Positions 38,882-49,470 of a stretch of DNA of 64,000 nt are shown piece after piece (position 1 is the first letter of the stretch; each line of letters starts with the position of its first letter). The DNA is from an uncultured Actinomycetota bacterium (GTDB lineage: Bacteria; Actinomycetota; Actinomycetes; JAHEKZ01): contig CAVQYR010000002.1 in assembly GCA_963718235.1 (NCBI GenBank), positions 608,001-672,000 of the forward strand, written 5' to 3'. The position numbers and the translations under genes are program-made. The notes below the pieces were generated by a model. It worked only from the letters and a program-made list of their open reading frames with translations. It was not told the origin of the DNA and did no database searches.

Positions 38882-40555
38882 GTGAGTTCCTGCCCCGAAG
38901 GCAGCCGAAGGTCTCGCACCACGCTGCTCTCGCTGACCTACCCGGGGCTGGTCGGTGCCCTGCTCTTCTTCTTCTTGTCGCTCACGCCGTCACTGCTGCC
39001 GCGTCCGTGGGTGTACGAGGCGCTGGTGGCTGGTGTCGCCTCGTTGTTCGGCTACGCCCTCGGCACTTTCGTCTGGTGGGCGATCCGCAAGGTCTGGAGA
39101 CTGCCGGCGGCCCCCCGCGTCTCGCGCTGGGGCTGGATCGGGCTTGCCGTCGCGGGGCCCGTCGTGGTCGTCGGCTCCCTCTACGCCGGCTACCGCTGGC
39201 AGAACCAGGTCCGCGAGCTCGTCGGCGAGCCCGAGTCCCCGCGGGGCCACTTCATCCTGATCGCACTGGTCAGTGCTTTGGTCTTCGTCCTGTTCCTCGT
39301 GATCGCCAGGGGCGTGCGCTGGCTCACCCGGTCGGCCACTTCCCTGCTCGGTCGCGTGATTCCGCGGGCGATGGCGCAGACCGTCGCCGTCCTCTCCGTC
39401 GCCCTGGCGCTGTACTGGGTGGTGACCGGCGTCGCCTTCGAAGAGGCGGTGAGGTTCGCCGACAAGACCTACTCTGCTGAGAACGAGGGGACGCCGGTCG
39501 GAGTCACCCAGCCCACCTCGTCGCTGCGCTCGGGCAGCAACGACTCGCTGGCGCCGTGGGACACCCTCGGGTACCAGGGCCGCGGTTTCGTCGCGAGCGG
39601 ACCGACGGCGTCCGACATCACCGCGGTCACTGGCGAACCGGCCCTCGACCCGATCCGGGTCTACGCCGGGCTGGACAGCGCGGGCACGGCGCAGGAGCGG
39701 GCCGAGCTGATGGTGCGTGAGCTCGAGCGCACCGGTGCATTCGACCGCCGGGTACTCGTGGTGGCCGCAGCCACCGGAACCGGCTGGCTCGAACCGGCGG
39801 GGGTCAACTCGGTCGAGTACCTCTGGGGCGGCGACACGGCCATCGCCAGTATCCAGTACTCCTTCCTGCCGAGCTGGATCTCGTTCCTGGTCGACAAGGA
39901 GCGCGCGGCGGAAGCGGGGCAGGCGCTGTTCGACGCGGTGTACGGCCGGTGGTCCGAGCTTCCGGCCAGGCAGCGCCCGAAGCTGATCGCCTACGGCCTC
40001 AGCCTCGGGTCGTTCGCCGGGCAGGACGCCTTCTCCAGCGCGGTCGACATGGCCGCGCGCACCGACGGTGCGCTCTGGCTCGGGTCGCCGAGCTTCAGCG
40101 AGCCGCACGGCCAGATCGAGTCCGACCGCGACCCCGGCAGCCCGCAGTGGCGTCCGGTCTACCGGGACGGCGAGACCGTGCGCTTCGGTGCGATCTCCGC
40201 GGACTTCGTCGGAGCATCGAGCACGGAGTGGACGTTCCCCAGGGTGGCGTACCTGCAGCACGCCAACGACCCCGTGGTGTGGTGGGATCCTGCTCTGCTC
40301 CTCGAGCGACCGGACTGGCTGGACGAACCGCCGGGGACGGACCGCTCGCCGGCGATGCGCTGGATTCCGGTGGTGACCTTCCTGCAGGTGACCGTCGACC
40401 AGTTCTTCGGTACGTCGGTACCGGACCTGCAGGGCCACAACTACGGCGGCACCATGGTCGACGCGTGGCAGGCGGTCGTCCCGGCCGACGGGTGGACCGA
40501 GGCCGACCTCGTGGCGCTGCAGAAGAAGATCGACGACGAGCCGGACGACGACTGA
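38882..40555 (+). CDS. Membrane-anchored alpha/beta hydrolase (Abhydrolase_9/DUF2319-like)
   Basis: SLTPSLLPR, WDTLGYQGR, PIRVYAG, TGTGW, QYSFLPSW, YGLSLG, HANDPVVWW. Confidence 0.85.
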   Translation: MSSCPEGSRRSRTTLLSLTYPGLVGALLFFFLSLTPSLLPRPWVYEALVAGVASLFGYALGTFVWWAIRKVWRLPAAPRVSRWGWIGLAVAGPVVVVGSLYAGYRWQNQVRELVGEPESPRGHFILIALVSALVFVLFLVIARGVRWLTRSATSLLGRVIPRAMAQTVAVLSVALALYWVVTGVAFEEAVRFADKTYSAENEGTPVGVTQPTSSLRSGSNDSLAPWDTLGYQGRGFVASGPTASDITAVTGEPALDPIRVYAGLDSAGTAQERAELMVRELERTGAFDRRVLVVAAATGTGWLEPAGVNSVEYLWGGDTAIASIQYSFLPSWISFLVDKERAAEAGQALFDAVYGRWSELPARQRPKLIAYGLSLGSFAGQDAFSSAVDMAARTDGALWLGSPSFSEPHGQIESDRDPGSPQWRPVYRDGETVRFGAISADFVGASSTEWTFPRVAYLQHANDPVVWWDPALLLERPDWLDEPPGTDRSPAMRWIPVVTFLQVTVDQFFGTSVPDLQGHNYGGTMVDAWQAVVPADGWTEADLVALQKKIDDEPDDD

Positions 40556-40621
40556 GGTCATCCCCGGGCCAGGATCGACGACCTCTGGCCCCGGTCCTGA
40601 ACGGCGTGACAGGATCGGTCC

Positions 40622-43144
40622 ATGACTGATGCGACCTTCGTGAACCCTGCCGTGAACCGCGCCGTAGAGGCCGCCGAGACCGCAGCGACCTCCGACCTGC
40701 CGGCGCGAGCCCAGTACATCGTCGTCGGCGGTGGCGTGATCGGCACGTCGATCGCCTACCACCTGATGGTGCACGGGGCCAAGGACGTCCTGCTCCTGGA
40801 ACGCAAGCAGCTGACGTCGGGTACCACGTGGCACGCTGCGGGGCTGATCGCGTCCGGGGGCTCGATGGACGAGGACTCCGCCTGGATGATCCGCTACTCA
40901 CGCGACCTGTACGACGGCACCCTCGAGGCCGAGACCGGGTTGTCCACCGGGTTCAACCAGTGCGGTTACCTGCAGCTGGCCACGTCGAAGCGACGGTTCG
41001 ACGCCTACCGCCGTGAGACCGACTTCCTTCGCGCGTACGGGATCGACAAGCACATCCTGTCCGTTTCGGAGGTCGCCGACCTCGTGCCGCACGTGCGCAC
41101 CGACGACGTGTTCGGCGGCTTCTTCACGCCGGACGAGGGTCGGGCGAACCCGGTCGACGTCGCGATGTCGATGGCGCGGGGGGCTCGGATGCGCGGTGCC
41201 CGGGTGGTCGAGAACTGCGAGGTCACGGGATTCCTCACGGCCGACGGCGTGTGCACCGGGGTGATGACCGAGCGCGGGCCGGTGGAGGCGGAGAAGGTGG
41301 TGCTCGCGTCCGGTCTCTGGGGGCGCGAGCTGGCTGCGAAGGCGGGCGTGCTCGCCCCGCTGCAGGCCGCCGAGCACGAGTACCTGCTGACCGAGCCCAT
41401 CGACTGGGTCGGCCCCGACTTCCCGGTCGTGGAGGTGCCCGAGGAGTACGCGTACTTCAGGGAGGAGGTCGGAGGGCTGCTCGTGGGTCTGTTCGAGCCC
41501 ACCGCCAAGGCGTGGTCGCTGGACGGCACCCCCCAGGACTCCGCGTTCGCGGTGTTGCCTCCCGACTGGGACCGGCTCACCCCGTTCCTGGAGACCGCGT
41601 TCAGCCGGTTCGAGGGTCTCGCCGATGCGGGCATCCGCACGCTCTTCGCCGGGCCGGAGAGCTTCACCGACGACATCGTCCCCCTGATGGGGGAGTCGCC
41701 CGAGCTGGCGAACCTGTACCTCGCCTGCGGCCTGAACTCGGTCGGGATCCTGCTCGGTGGCGGCATGGGCAACATGTACGCCCAGTGGCTGATCGAGGGT
41801 GTGTGCCCGGTCGACCTGGCCCACGTCTCGGTCGACCGAGCCCATGACTTCCAGGCCACGAGGCGGTTCCGTGAGGAGCGCACCGTCGAGCGGCTCGGCA
41901 ACCTGCTCAACGACGGCGCGTGGCCCAACCTGCAACCGCGCACGGCGCGCAACGTGCGGCTCTCGCCGCTGCACGACCAGCACGTGGCAGACGGTGCGTA
42001 CTTCGGCGTGTCAGCGGGTTGGGAGTACGCCGACTTCTTCGCCGGCCCCGGGCAGTCGCCCACCGTCGACTTCGGGTTCGAGCGTGGCATCGCCTTCGAG
42101 CACTCCGGCCGTGAGGCGCTCAACATGCGCGCGAACGTCGGTCTCGTCGACATGACCCTCATGAGCAAGTTCGAGATCGTCGGCCCCGACGCCTGTGCGC
42201 TGCTCAACCGGGTGTGCACCAACGACGTCGACGTCGAGCCCGGACGCCTGGTGTACACCACCTGGGTCAACGAGGAGGGCGGGATCATGGCCGACGGGAC
42301 GGTCACTCGTCTCGCCGAGGACCGATACCTGCTCATGGTCTCCGACGTGATCCACCGTCGAATCCCGTCGTGGCTGCGGAGGCACACCCGAGACGACGAG
42401 TTTGTCGTGGTCACCGACGTGACGTCCGGGTACGCCCTGTTCTCCTTGCAGGGGCCGAAGTCCCGTGAGCTGCTGCAGCGGCTCACGCCCGACGATGTGT
42501 CGAACGAGGCGTTCCCCTACCTCACTGCCCAGCGGATCGAGGTCGGGTACACCCCTGTGATGGCTCTTCGGGTCACCTACGTCGGTGAGCTGGGCTGGGA
42601 CATCGCCGTTCCCACGGAGTTCGCCGCGACGTTGTACAGACAGGTCCGCGAAGCAGGAGAAGACCTCGGGTTCCTCCCCAGTGGCATGGGTGCGCTGTCC
42701 AGCATGAGGCTGGAGAAGGCCTACCGCGACATGGCCCACGACATCGACAGCAAGGACAACCCGATCGAGGTCGGGCTCGGGTTCACCGTCTCCTGGGACA
42801 AGCCGGGCGGTTTCGTCGGGCGCGACGCGTTGCTCAAGGCCAAGGAGGCCGGGGCGCCGAGTCGTCGGCTCGTCCAGTTCCTGCTGGAGGACCCGTCGCA
42901 GGATCTCCTGGGTGGGGAGCCGATCTACCAGGACGGCGAGCACGTCGGCTACATGCGCACCGGAGCGTACGGCCACACGCTGGGCGGCGCGGTCGGCCTG
43001 GGGATGGTCGAGCGCGAGGAGCCGATCCCGGCGTCGGCCATCGCCGAGGGGTCCTTCGAGGTGCAGATCTACGGTGACCTGTACCGCGCCAAGGCCTCGC
43101 TGCGGCCGATGTTCGACCCGGACCGCGAGCGCCCCCGCTCCTAG
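40622..43144 (+). CDS. FAD-dependent oxidoreductase with GcvT domain (dimethylglycine/sarcosine dehydrogenase-like)
   Basis: GGGVIG, TSGTTWHAAG, GPESFT, then GcvT motifs YVGELGW and SMRLEKAY. Confidence 0.9.
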   Translation: MTDATFVNPAVNRAVEAAETAATSDLPARAQYIVVGGGVIGTSIAYHLMVHGAKDVLLLERKQLTSGTTWHAAGLIASGGSMDEDSAWMIRYSRDLYDGTLEAETGLSTGFNQCGYLQLATSKRRFDAYRRETDFLRAYGIDKHILSVSEVADLVPHVRTDDVFGGFFTPDEGRANPVDVAMSMARGARMRGARVVENCEVTGFLTADGVCTGVMTERGPVEAEKVVLASGLWGRELAAKAGVLAPLQAAEHEYLLTEPIDWVGPDFPVVEVPEEYAYFREEVGGLLVGLFEPTAKAWSLDGTPQDSAFAVLPPDWDRLTPFLETAFSRFEGLADAGIRTLFAGPESFTDDIVPLMGESPELANLYLACGLNSVGILLGGGMGNMYAQWLIEGVCPVDLAHVSVDRAHDFQATRRFREERTVERLGNLLNDGAWPNLQPRTARNVRLSPLHDQHVADGAYFGVSAGWEYADFFAGPGQSPTVDFGFERGIAFEHSGREALNMRANVGLVDMTLMSKFEIVGPDACALLNRVCTNDVDVEPGRLVYTTWVNEEGGIMADGTVTRLAEDRYLLMVSDVIHRRIPSWLRRHTRDDEFVVVTDVTSGYALFSLQGPKSRELLQRLTPDDVSNEAFPYLTAQRIEVGYTPVMALRVTYVGELGWDIAVPTEFAATLYRQVREAGEDLGFLPSGMGALSSMRLEKAYRDMAHDIDSKDNPIEVGLGFTVSWDKPGGFVGRDALLKAKEAGAPSRRLVQFLLEDPSQDLLGGEPIYQDGEHVGYMRTGAYGHTLGGAVGLGMVEREEPIPASAIAEGSFEVQIYGDLYRAKASLRPMFDPDRERPRS

Positions 43145-43153
43145 AGCCGGAGG

Positions 43154-44494
43154 TCAGGGGGCCCGGGGTTCGCTGAGGACCTGTTGTCCAGCAGGGCCGC
43201 GGAAGGACAGGTCGCCGTTGCTGCCGCGGCCCGGATCCATGGCGACGACCCGCCAACCGCCGCGGCGGGGCTCGCGGTGGACCCGGTTGTGGTGCCAGCG
43301 GCACAACAGCAGCGCATTCGCCAGGTCGGTGGCGCCACCGTGCTCCCAAGGGATGAGGTGGTGGGCGTCGGTGTACCGGGGTGGGCGGGTGCACCCGGGG
43401 AAGCGGCACCCGGCGTCGCGCACGACGAGCGCGCGTCGCTGCTCGGGGGTGAACAGACGGGCTCGTCGTCCGACGTCCAACGGAGCCGAGTCCGGTCCGA
43501 GGAGCACCCGGCCGACCCGGGCGTCGCACAGCAGGCGGTGCACGTCGTCCATGGGTAGTCCGAGTGGGCCACCGGGGGCGTCATGGACCACCGCGAGACG
43601 CGCTCGGTGCAGGGTCAGCGTGTCGGGCGTGCACCCGGACCGGACAGGCCGATTGGGCAGCAGCGCGGTCATGGGCAGGACGATGTCGACGGCAGCCACG
43701 CTTCCGGACAGCTGCGGCAGCTGTTCGCTGCGCAGCGCCACCGCGGCGACCTCGATGAGCGCGTCTGCGCGGCGCTGCCCGGCCGAGCGTAGATCGCTGC
43801 TGTCGACCGGCACCATCAGCGGCGCCAAGGCAGCCGTGAGGGTGGCGGTGCCTTCGGCGTCCAGCAGTCCGTCGACCGCGGTCATGCCGTCCAACAACGG
43901 GGAGAGGGAAAGGTGCCGTCGGGTGAACTGCCGGTCCCGCTCGCCCAGCTCACCGTCGGGGTCGACCACATCCAGCAGCCTGCGGCCGGCCCTGCGCACC
44001 GCAGCGGGGTCGCTGTGGGCAGCCAGCTCGTGCAGCAGCGGCACCGCCTGCTCCAGCTCACCGGGCGCGTGGCGCAGCGGTCGCAGCGCGGAGCTCATCG
44101 CTCGCACGTGCTCGAACCGCAGCTCCCCGCGCCGAGTCGCCCCCAACGAGTCGGACAGCGGCTGCCAGTCCCGCGCCACCCGCACTCGGGACCGGGCGTC
44201 CCCGACCGACAACCGAAGCTCGTGATGCAACCACGCCGTGGTGTCGCGCTGCCCGGACATGACCGGGGCGTCACCGAGGGCGTCGAACGTGGCCAACGTG
44301 CGGGTGAACATCACCTCGGCCGTGTCGACGAGCTGGCGCAGCCCGGCCAACCACCCGGCTCGCGCGGTGGGGGAGACCGCGTCGTCGACGCGCTCCTCCA
44401 GCAGCCGCAACCGCTCGACGACCTCGAGCAGCTCGCGGGGCGGGTCGAACGGGACGCTCGTCGACCGGCCGAGCGGACCGGGTCCGGGAACCAA
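43154..44494 (-). mobile_element. DUF222 (REP13E12-type) HNH endonuclease gene; 5' end uncertain
   Basis: RSAGQRRADAL, RLLCDA, LDVGRRARLFT...RDAGCRFPGC...DAHHLIPWEHGGATDLANALLLCRWHH. Confidence 0.85.
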
Positions 44495-44656
44495 AGGAAC
44501 ACATCCTTCGAGAGGCTGGAGACTGAGCCCTCGCGCAGGTCGGCGACGGCCTGGACGACCGACTGCTCATCAACGTCTTGACCCAAGGTGCGCTCTGCCC
44601 GGCGACCGAGGTGGTGCCTCGATCCCGCGACTCCCACATGCTCGTCCAGTACCGCA

Positions 44657-44678
44657 AACCTACGCGGCACCTCTGACA
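44657..44678 (-). promoter_or_regulatory. RecA-NDp / PafBC-type DNA-damage promoter
   Basis: Minus strand TGTCAG-N10-TAGGTT matches TGTC(A/G)G-N10-TANNNT and points at the HNH gene. Confidence 0.65.
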
Positions 44679-44736
44679 GTTCGTGTGCCAACAGGATCAG
44701 ATCCACAACCGTCGTATCGCTCGGAGAAGCGAACTG

Positions 44737-46105
44737 CTAGCTCCGGACGGGGAAGCGTCCCACCACACGTTCTATGTCGCCGGCGACGGCGAGCGTCGTC
44801 AGGTCGCCGAGGTAGGGGCCGACGACCTGCAGCCCCACGGGAAGCCCCGCCGGTCCGCCGGGGGCCAGCCCCACCGGGGAGTGCGGTCGCCGGAAGGTGA
44901 AGCAGCGTCGCCAGGGCCGGCCAGAAGAGCGAGGTCGGGCTGTACGGCCGAGCGACGGCGTCGACGTCGAGGGTCCGGTGCTCGGCGGGGCGATGGTCGT
45001 GCGGGAACGCCGCGACCGGAAAGGTCGGGAGCAGCAGCGCGTCGTACCGGCCGAAGAACTCCTGCATGGACTGCTGAAGGCCGAGTCGGCGCTCGTTGGA
45101 GGCGAGCCACCGGGTGTGCGTGAGCCCGCGGTCCTCGTCGACCACCGGCCGGAGCATCGTGGTGTAGAGGTCGGCGACGTCGTGCAGGTCGACGGGGAGG
45201 ACGGGGCTGCGGTCGATCGTGCAGCCGGCTCGCGCGACGGTGTCCATGGCCTGGCCCAGGACCGACCGCACCGACGTGTCGACCGGGGTGGCCGGGTCGT
45301 CCATGACGGCGGCCAGACGCCACGAGCGAAGCCCCTGCTTGGCCGGTGGCGGAAGCTCGAGGCGCCACCCGGCGGACTGAGGAGGGATCGGACCGCAGAT
45401 CACGGTGAGCGCCAGCGGCAGGTCGCCCACGCTTCGGGCCATCGGACCGACCACCCCCAGGTCGGGTTGGCTCAGCGACCCGGGAGGTCCGGGGATGTGG
45501 CCGCGTTGGGGCACCACGCCGTGGGTCGGCTTGTGCCCGGCGACCCCGCAGAAGCCGGCCGGGACCCGGATGGACCCACCGATGTCGCTGCCGAGCTCCA
45601 GCGACGTCAGACCAGCGGCGAGGGCGGCAGCGGAGCCCCCCGACGAGCCGCCGCACGTGCGGGTGAGGTCCCAGGGGTTGTGCGTCGTCCCGAACAGCTC
45701 GTTGGTGGTCTGCCAGTCGCCGGCCAGCGCAGGGGTGTTCGTCTTGCCGACGATGATCGCCCCGGCGTCGCGCAGCCGGGCCACGGCGACCGCGTCGGCG
45801 GTCGGCCGGTGGTCGGTGAGGACCGGGCTCCCGGCGGTCGTGCGCAGCCCCACCGTCTCGAAGGTGTCCTTGACGGTGATCGGCAGGCCGTGCAGGGGGC
45901 CGAGGAACCGCCCGCGGGCGAGCGCCTCGTCGGCCAGCCGGGCGGAGACCCGGGCCCGGTCGGCGTCGATGCTGACGACCGCGCGGACGACGTCGTTGAC
46001 CGAAGCGATCCGCTCCAGGTGCTCGGCCAGCAGATCTCGGGCACTGACCTGCCTGCTGCGCAACGCGGCGAGCAGGTCGCGTGCGGTCGACGTCGCGAGG
46101 TCCAC
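44737..46105 (-). CDS. Amidase signature family protein, one frameshift near 44878
   Basis: GPLHGLPITVKD, GKTNTP, GGSSGGSAAA, GSDIGGSIRVPA. Removing one base from the run at 44876-44879 restores the canonical LPVGLQVVGPYLGD C-terminus. Confidence 0.87.
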
Positions 46106-46156
46106 CGGGCCAGCCTCCCACTGTCGGTGTGACGGCCGAGCGCCTACCGTCGTGCC

Positions 46157-46660
46157 GTGGGCACGGAGCTGCTGGGTGATGCGCCGACGACGCGCTCGGA
46201 CCGACGCGGTGTGCCGAGAGCGTTGGTCCTCGCCGGTCTCGCTGTGGTGCTGTTGTCGACCCTGGTCGGGGTCGCTGTCTCTCGCGCTGGCCGTGACGTC
46301 GGTGCCGCCACCCCGGTCCTCGGCGGGCCGCTGCTCCGCCCCGACCGTTCCCACGACGTTCCCGTCTCCTGGTATGCCGTGCACGGCGTCGAGGCGCGCG
46401 CCCTGACCGTCGGCTACTGGGTGGGGGCGTGCTCGGAGCCGGGCGAGGTCCAGGTGGTCAGGCAGTTGCCACGGGTGGTTCTCGTCACCGCCACGTCCGT
46501 CGCCCCCCGGGCGGGGACGACGTGCGCGGGCGCGAGGACCGAGGTCAGCGACACCGTCGTCCTCGCCCTCCCGCTCGGTGACCGGGCGGTTGTCGACGCC
46601 CGTTCGGCCCAGCCGTTGCCCCGCCAGCGGCTGGACCGACGTCCCGCCGACGGCCTCTGA
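46157..46660 (+). CDS. Hypothetical membrane-anchored/secreted protein with a Cys pair
   Basis: N-terminal TM segment; GAC...TTC...LPLGDRAVVD; TACCGT -10-like box upstream. Confidence 0.6.
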   Translation: MGTELLGDAPTTRSDRRGVPRALVLAGLAVVLLSTLVGVAVSRAGRDVGAATPVLGGPLLRPDRSHDVPVSWYAVHGVEARALTVGYWVGACSEPGEVQVVRQLPRVVLVTATSVAPRAGTTCAGARTEVSDTVVLALPLGDRAVVDARSAQPLPRQRLDRRPADGL

Positions 46661-46674
46661 GTCGCTCGCTGGCG

Positions 46675-48105
46675 TCAGTGGCCGGTGAGCCGACGCATCA
46701 CGTGGTCGCGCAGCCTGGCCGGTCGTCCGGTGATCTGCTCGCTCGCATCGATCGACGCGGCCAGCCGGATGCCCGCGTTGATCCCGATCCAGCGCAGCGG
46801 CTCGGGCTCCCACGCGGGGGAGTGGTGGCCCACCCAGGGCAGCGAGAGAAGCTCGTCGTCGTCCACCGAGCGCTGCCCAGACTCCTCTACGTCGACGAGC
46901 GCTGCCACGGTCCGACCGGCCAGGTTGGTCAGAGCGACACCGTCACCGGAGTAGCCGCCCGCGGTGATCACGTCGGTCGTGGTGTCGTGCACGACCGAGG
47001 GCCACCAGTCACGGGGGATGCCCAGCACGCCTCCCCACCCATGGGTGATGGCGGAGCCCACGAGCTGAGGGAAGAACTCGAGCAGGCTGAGTCGAAGCGC
47101 GTCGTAGACCGCCGGCGCCCGGTCGAAGCGAGGCGAGATGGCCGACCCGTAGTGGTAGGGGACGCCTCGCCCACCGAGGACGACCCGGTCGTCAGCCGTG
47201 CGCTGCGCATAGACGATGAAGCGTCGCTCGTCGTTGAACGTGTCGCGGTGCTGCCACCCGACCTCGTCCCAGAAGGACGTCGGAAGCGGTTCGGTGGCGA
47301 TCACCATCGAGTACATGGGGAGCAGCCGTCGGCGCTGACCGTCGAGCGTGCGGGTGTAGCCCTCGGTGGCCCGAACCACGTACTTCGCCGTGACATCACC
47401 CGACGGCGTGCGCGCCACGCGCGGCCCGATGCTCGTGACCGGCGTCTGCTCGTACACCGTGACGCCCATGCGCTCGACGACCTCGGCCAGGCCGCGCGCC
47501 AGCCGGGCCGGATCGATCGCCGCGCAGTGAGGCGTCCACAGGGCCCCGAACACCCCGTCCGCCGCGAGTCGCTCGCGGGCCTGGTCCCGGTCGAGCCAGA
47601 CCACGTCGTGCTGCTCCCACGCGTGCTCGTGCCGCAGCACCTCCTGGAGGCGGTCGACCTGCAGGGGGCTTCGCGCGAACCGCAGGTACCCGCCCTTGGC
47701 GAACCGCGCATCGATCCCTTCGGCAGCCGCCACGTCGCCGACCTCGTCGACGCACTGGTGGGCGGCCCGCTGCATGGCCAGCGCCGACGCGCGGCTCGAC
47801 CGCGCGGCGATGGTGTCCAGGTCGAGGGGCAGCAGGCCCGAGCACCAGCCCCCGTTGCGTCCGGACGCACCGAACCCAGCGGTCTCGGCCTCGAGGACGG
47901 CAATGGAGAGGTCGGGACGGCGACGGGCCAGGTAGTAGGCCGACCACAGACCGGTGAACCCGGCCCCGACGATGACGACGTCGAAGTCGGCGGGACCGGC
48001 CAGCGCGGCGCGCGCGGCATGCGGCTCGTCGCCGGGCAGTGAGTCCCACCACAGGGACAGCGATCGGTAGTCGCCGTGAGACCTCGGCGCTGTGCTCCTG
48101 TTCAC
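46675..48105 (-). CDS. FAD-dependent oxidoreductase (DAO / PuuB-like amine oxidase)
   Basis: SLWWDS, VGAGFTGLW, GASGRNGGW, RATEGY, GGYSGDGV, WEPEPLRW. Start approximate. Confidence 0.88.
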   Translation of the reverse strand: MNRSTAPRSHGDYRSLSLWWDSLPGDEPHAARAALAGPADFDVVIVGAGFTGLWSAYYLARRRPDLSIAVLEAETAGFGASGRNGGWCSGLLPLDLDTIAARSSRASALAMQRAAHQCVDEVGDVAAAEGIDARFAKGGYLRFARSPLQVDRLQEVLRHEHAWEQHDVVWLDRDQARERLAADGVFGALWTPHCAAIDPARLARGLAEVVERMGVTVYEQTPVTSIGPRVARTPSGDVTAKYVVRATEGYTRTLDGQRRRLLPMYSMVIATEPLPTSFWDEVGWQHRDTFNDERRFIVYAQRTADDRVVLGGRGVPYHYGSAISPRFDRAPAVYDALRLSLLEFFPQLVGSAITHGWGGVLGIPRDWWPSVVHDTTTDVITAGGYSGDGVALTNLAGRTVAALVDVEESGQRSVDDDELLSLPWVGHHSPAWEPEPLRWIGINAGIRLAASIDASEQITGRPARLRDHVMRRLTGH

Positions 48106-48145
48106 GGTGCTGGCCACCTCACTGTTCGGTGTCTCGCATGAGCGC

Positions 48146-48646
48146 TCACTGTTCGATGACGCGCATGAGCTTGGTGATGACCGGGTGGTACCCACGCCGG
48201 CGGTAGAAGCGTTCGGCGTCGTCGTTGCCGACCATGACCGCGATGAACGAAGCCCCGACCCCCATCGCGTGGAGCTCGGCGTCGACGGCGTCCAGCAACG
48301 TGCTCCCCAGCCCCTGCCCGCGCAGCTCCGGGGCGACGACGAGGGTCTCGACCTCCGCGTAGCGGTCCCCGGTCGGCCAGGTGTCGTCCGCCCCCCGGTG
48401 CATCGCGACCATCGCATAGCCGACGAGTCGCGACCCGGCGCGGGCCAGGACTGCGAACGCGGCCGGGTCGGTCAGGACCTGCTCGTACACGACTCGACGC
48501 AACGCCCACGACTGGTCTCGCTCGATCACCGGGCCGGGCCCGACCTGCTCGTGGTGGTCGAACAGGGACAGCCACAGGTCCGAGAGCTCGTCCAGCGCTG
48601 CAGCACCGAGCAGCGCGTCACCTCGCACCACCGACACGTCGACCAC
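48146..48646 (-). CDS. GNAT family N-acetyltransferase
   Basis: LVVAPELRGQGLGSTLL, NDDAERFYRRRGY. Confidence 0.88.
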   Translation of the reverse strand: MVDVSVVRGDALLGAAALDELSDLWLSLFDHHEQVGPGPVIERDQSWALRRVVYEQVLTDPAAFAVLARAGSRLVGYAMVAMHRGADDTWPTGDRYAEVETLVVAPELRGQGLGSTLLDAVDAELHAMGVGASFIAVMVGNDDAERFYRRRGYHPVITKLMRVIEQ

Positions 48647-48689
48647 GAGGGTCCCTCCTTCTGGGTCACGTCAGGCTAGCGTCGACGCC

Positions 48690-49097
48690 GTGACCACTCC
48701 CACGCCCTACCGGGTCATGGTCGTCGACGACTCCGCGACGATCCGCGACCTCATCGCGGTCAACCTCGAGCTCGAGGGCTACGACGTCGACACCGCCGAG
48801 GACTCCGACGCGTGTCTGGCGTACCTGGCGCTCGTGGTCGCAGGTGAGGTCCCCCTCCCGGACATCTTCCTGCTCGACGTGGTCATGCCGGGTGTCAACG
48901 GTGTCGAGCTGACCCGTCGGCTGAAGGCCGACCCGCTGACCGCCCACATCCCCGTCCTCATCGTCAGCGCCTCGGCCCAGCAGCGCGACTTCGAGGTCGC
49001 CCGGGCGGCCAAGGCCGACGGCTACCTCACCAAGCCGTTCGACCCCGACGAGCTCGTGGGCACCGTGGCGCGGCTCATCGCGGACGTGGCGTCGTGA
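48690..49097 (+). CDS. Single-domain response regulator (receiver only)
   Basis: VVDD, LLDVVMP, VSA, TKPFDPDEL. Confidence 0.9.
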   Translation: MTTPTPYRVMVVDDSATIRDLIAVNLELEGYDVDTAEDSDACLAYLALVVAGEVPLPDIFLLDVVMPGVNGVELTRRLKADPLTAHIPVLIVSASAQQRDFEVARAAKADGYLTKPFDPDELVGTVARLIADVAS

Positions 49098-49447
49098 CAG
49101 CGGTCCCCATCGCCGTCTCGGCACTCCTCGCGTTCGGCTTCGTGATGATCGGACTGGCCAAGGTCCAGCAGCTTCCGGCGTCCACAGCGGTACGGGACCG
49201 GTTGGGGATCGGGTCCTCGCTCTGGCGGACGCTCGGAGTGGTGGAGCTCGTGGCCGCCGTGGCGCTCGTCGTCGGGGTGGTCGCCCTGCCGGCCCTGGCC
49301 GTGACCGCACTCGTCGGCCTGGCCCTCCTCACTGCCGCGGCCGTGGTGGCCCACCTCCGGGTCTCCGACCATCCCGGCGCGGTCCCTGCGGCCGTGCTCC
49401 TGGTGACCTGCCTGGTCGACCTGTGGTTGGTCGCGCAGTTCCGGTGA
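49094..49447 (+). CDS. DoxX-like membrane protein
   Basis: GLAKV...WRTLGVVELVAAVALVVG...VAHLRVSD; four TM helices. Confidence 0.75.
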   Translation: MTAVPIAVSALLAFGFVMIGLAKVQQLPASTAVRDRLGIGSSLWRTLGVVELVAAVALVVGVVALPALAVTALVGLALLTAAAVVAHLRVSDHPGAVPAAVLLVTCLVDLWLVAQFR

Positions 49448-49470
49448 CGACCGACGACTACCCTTGACGG

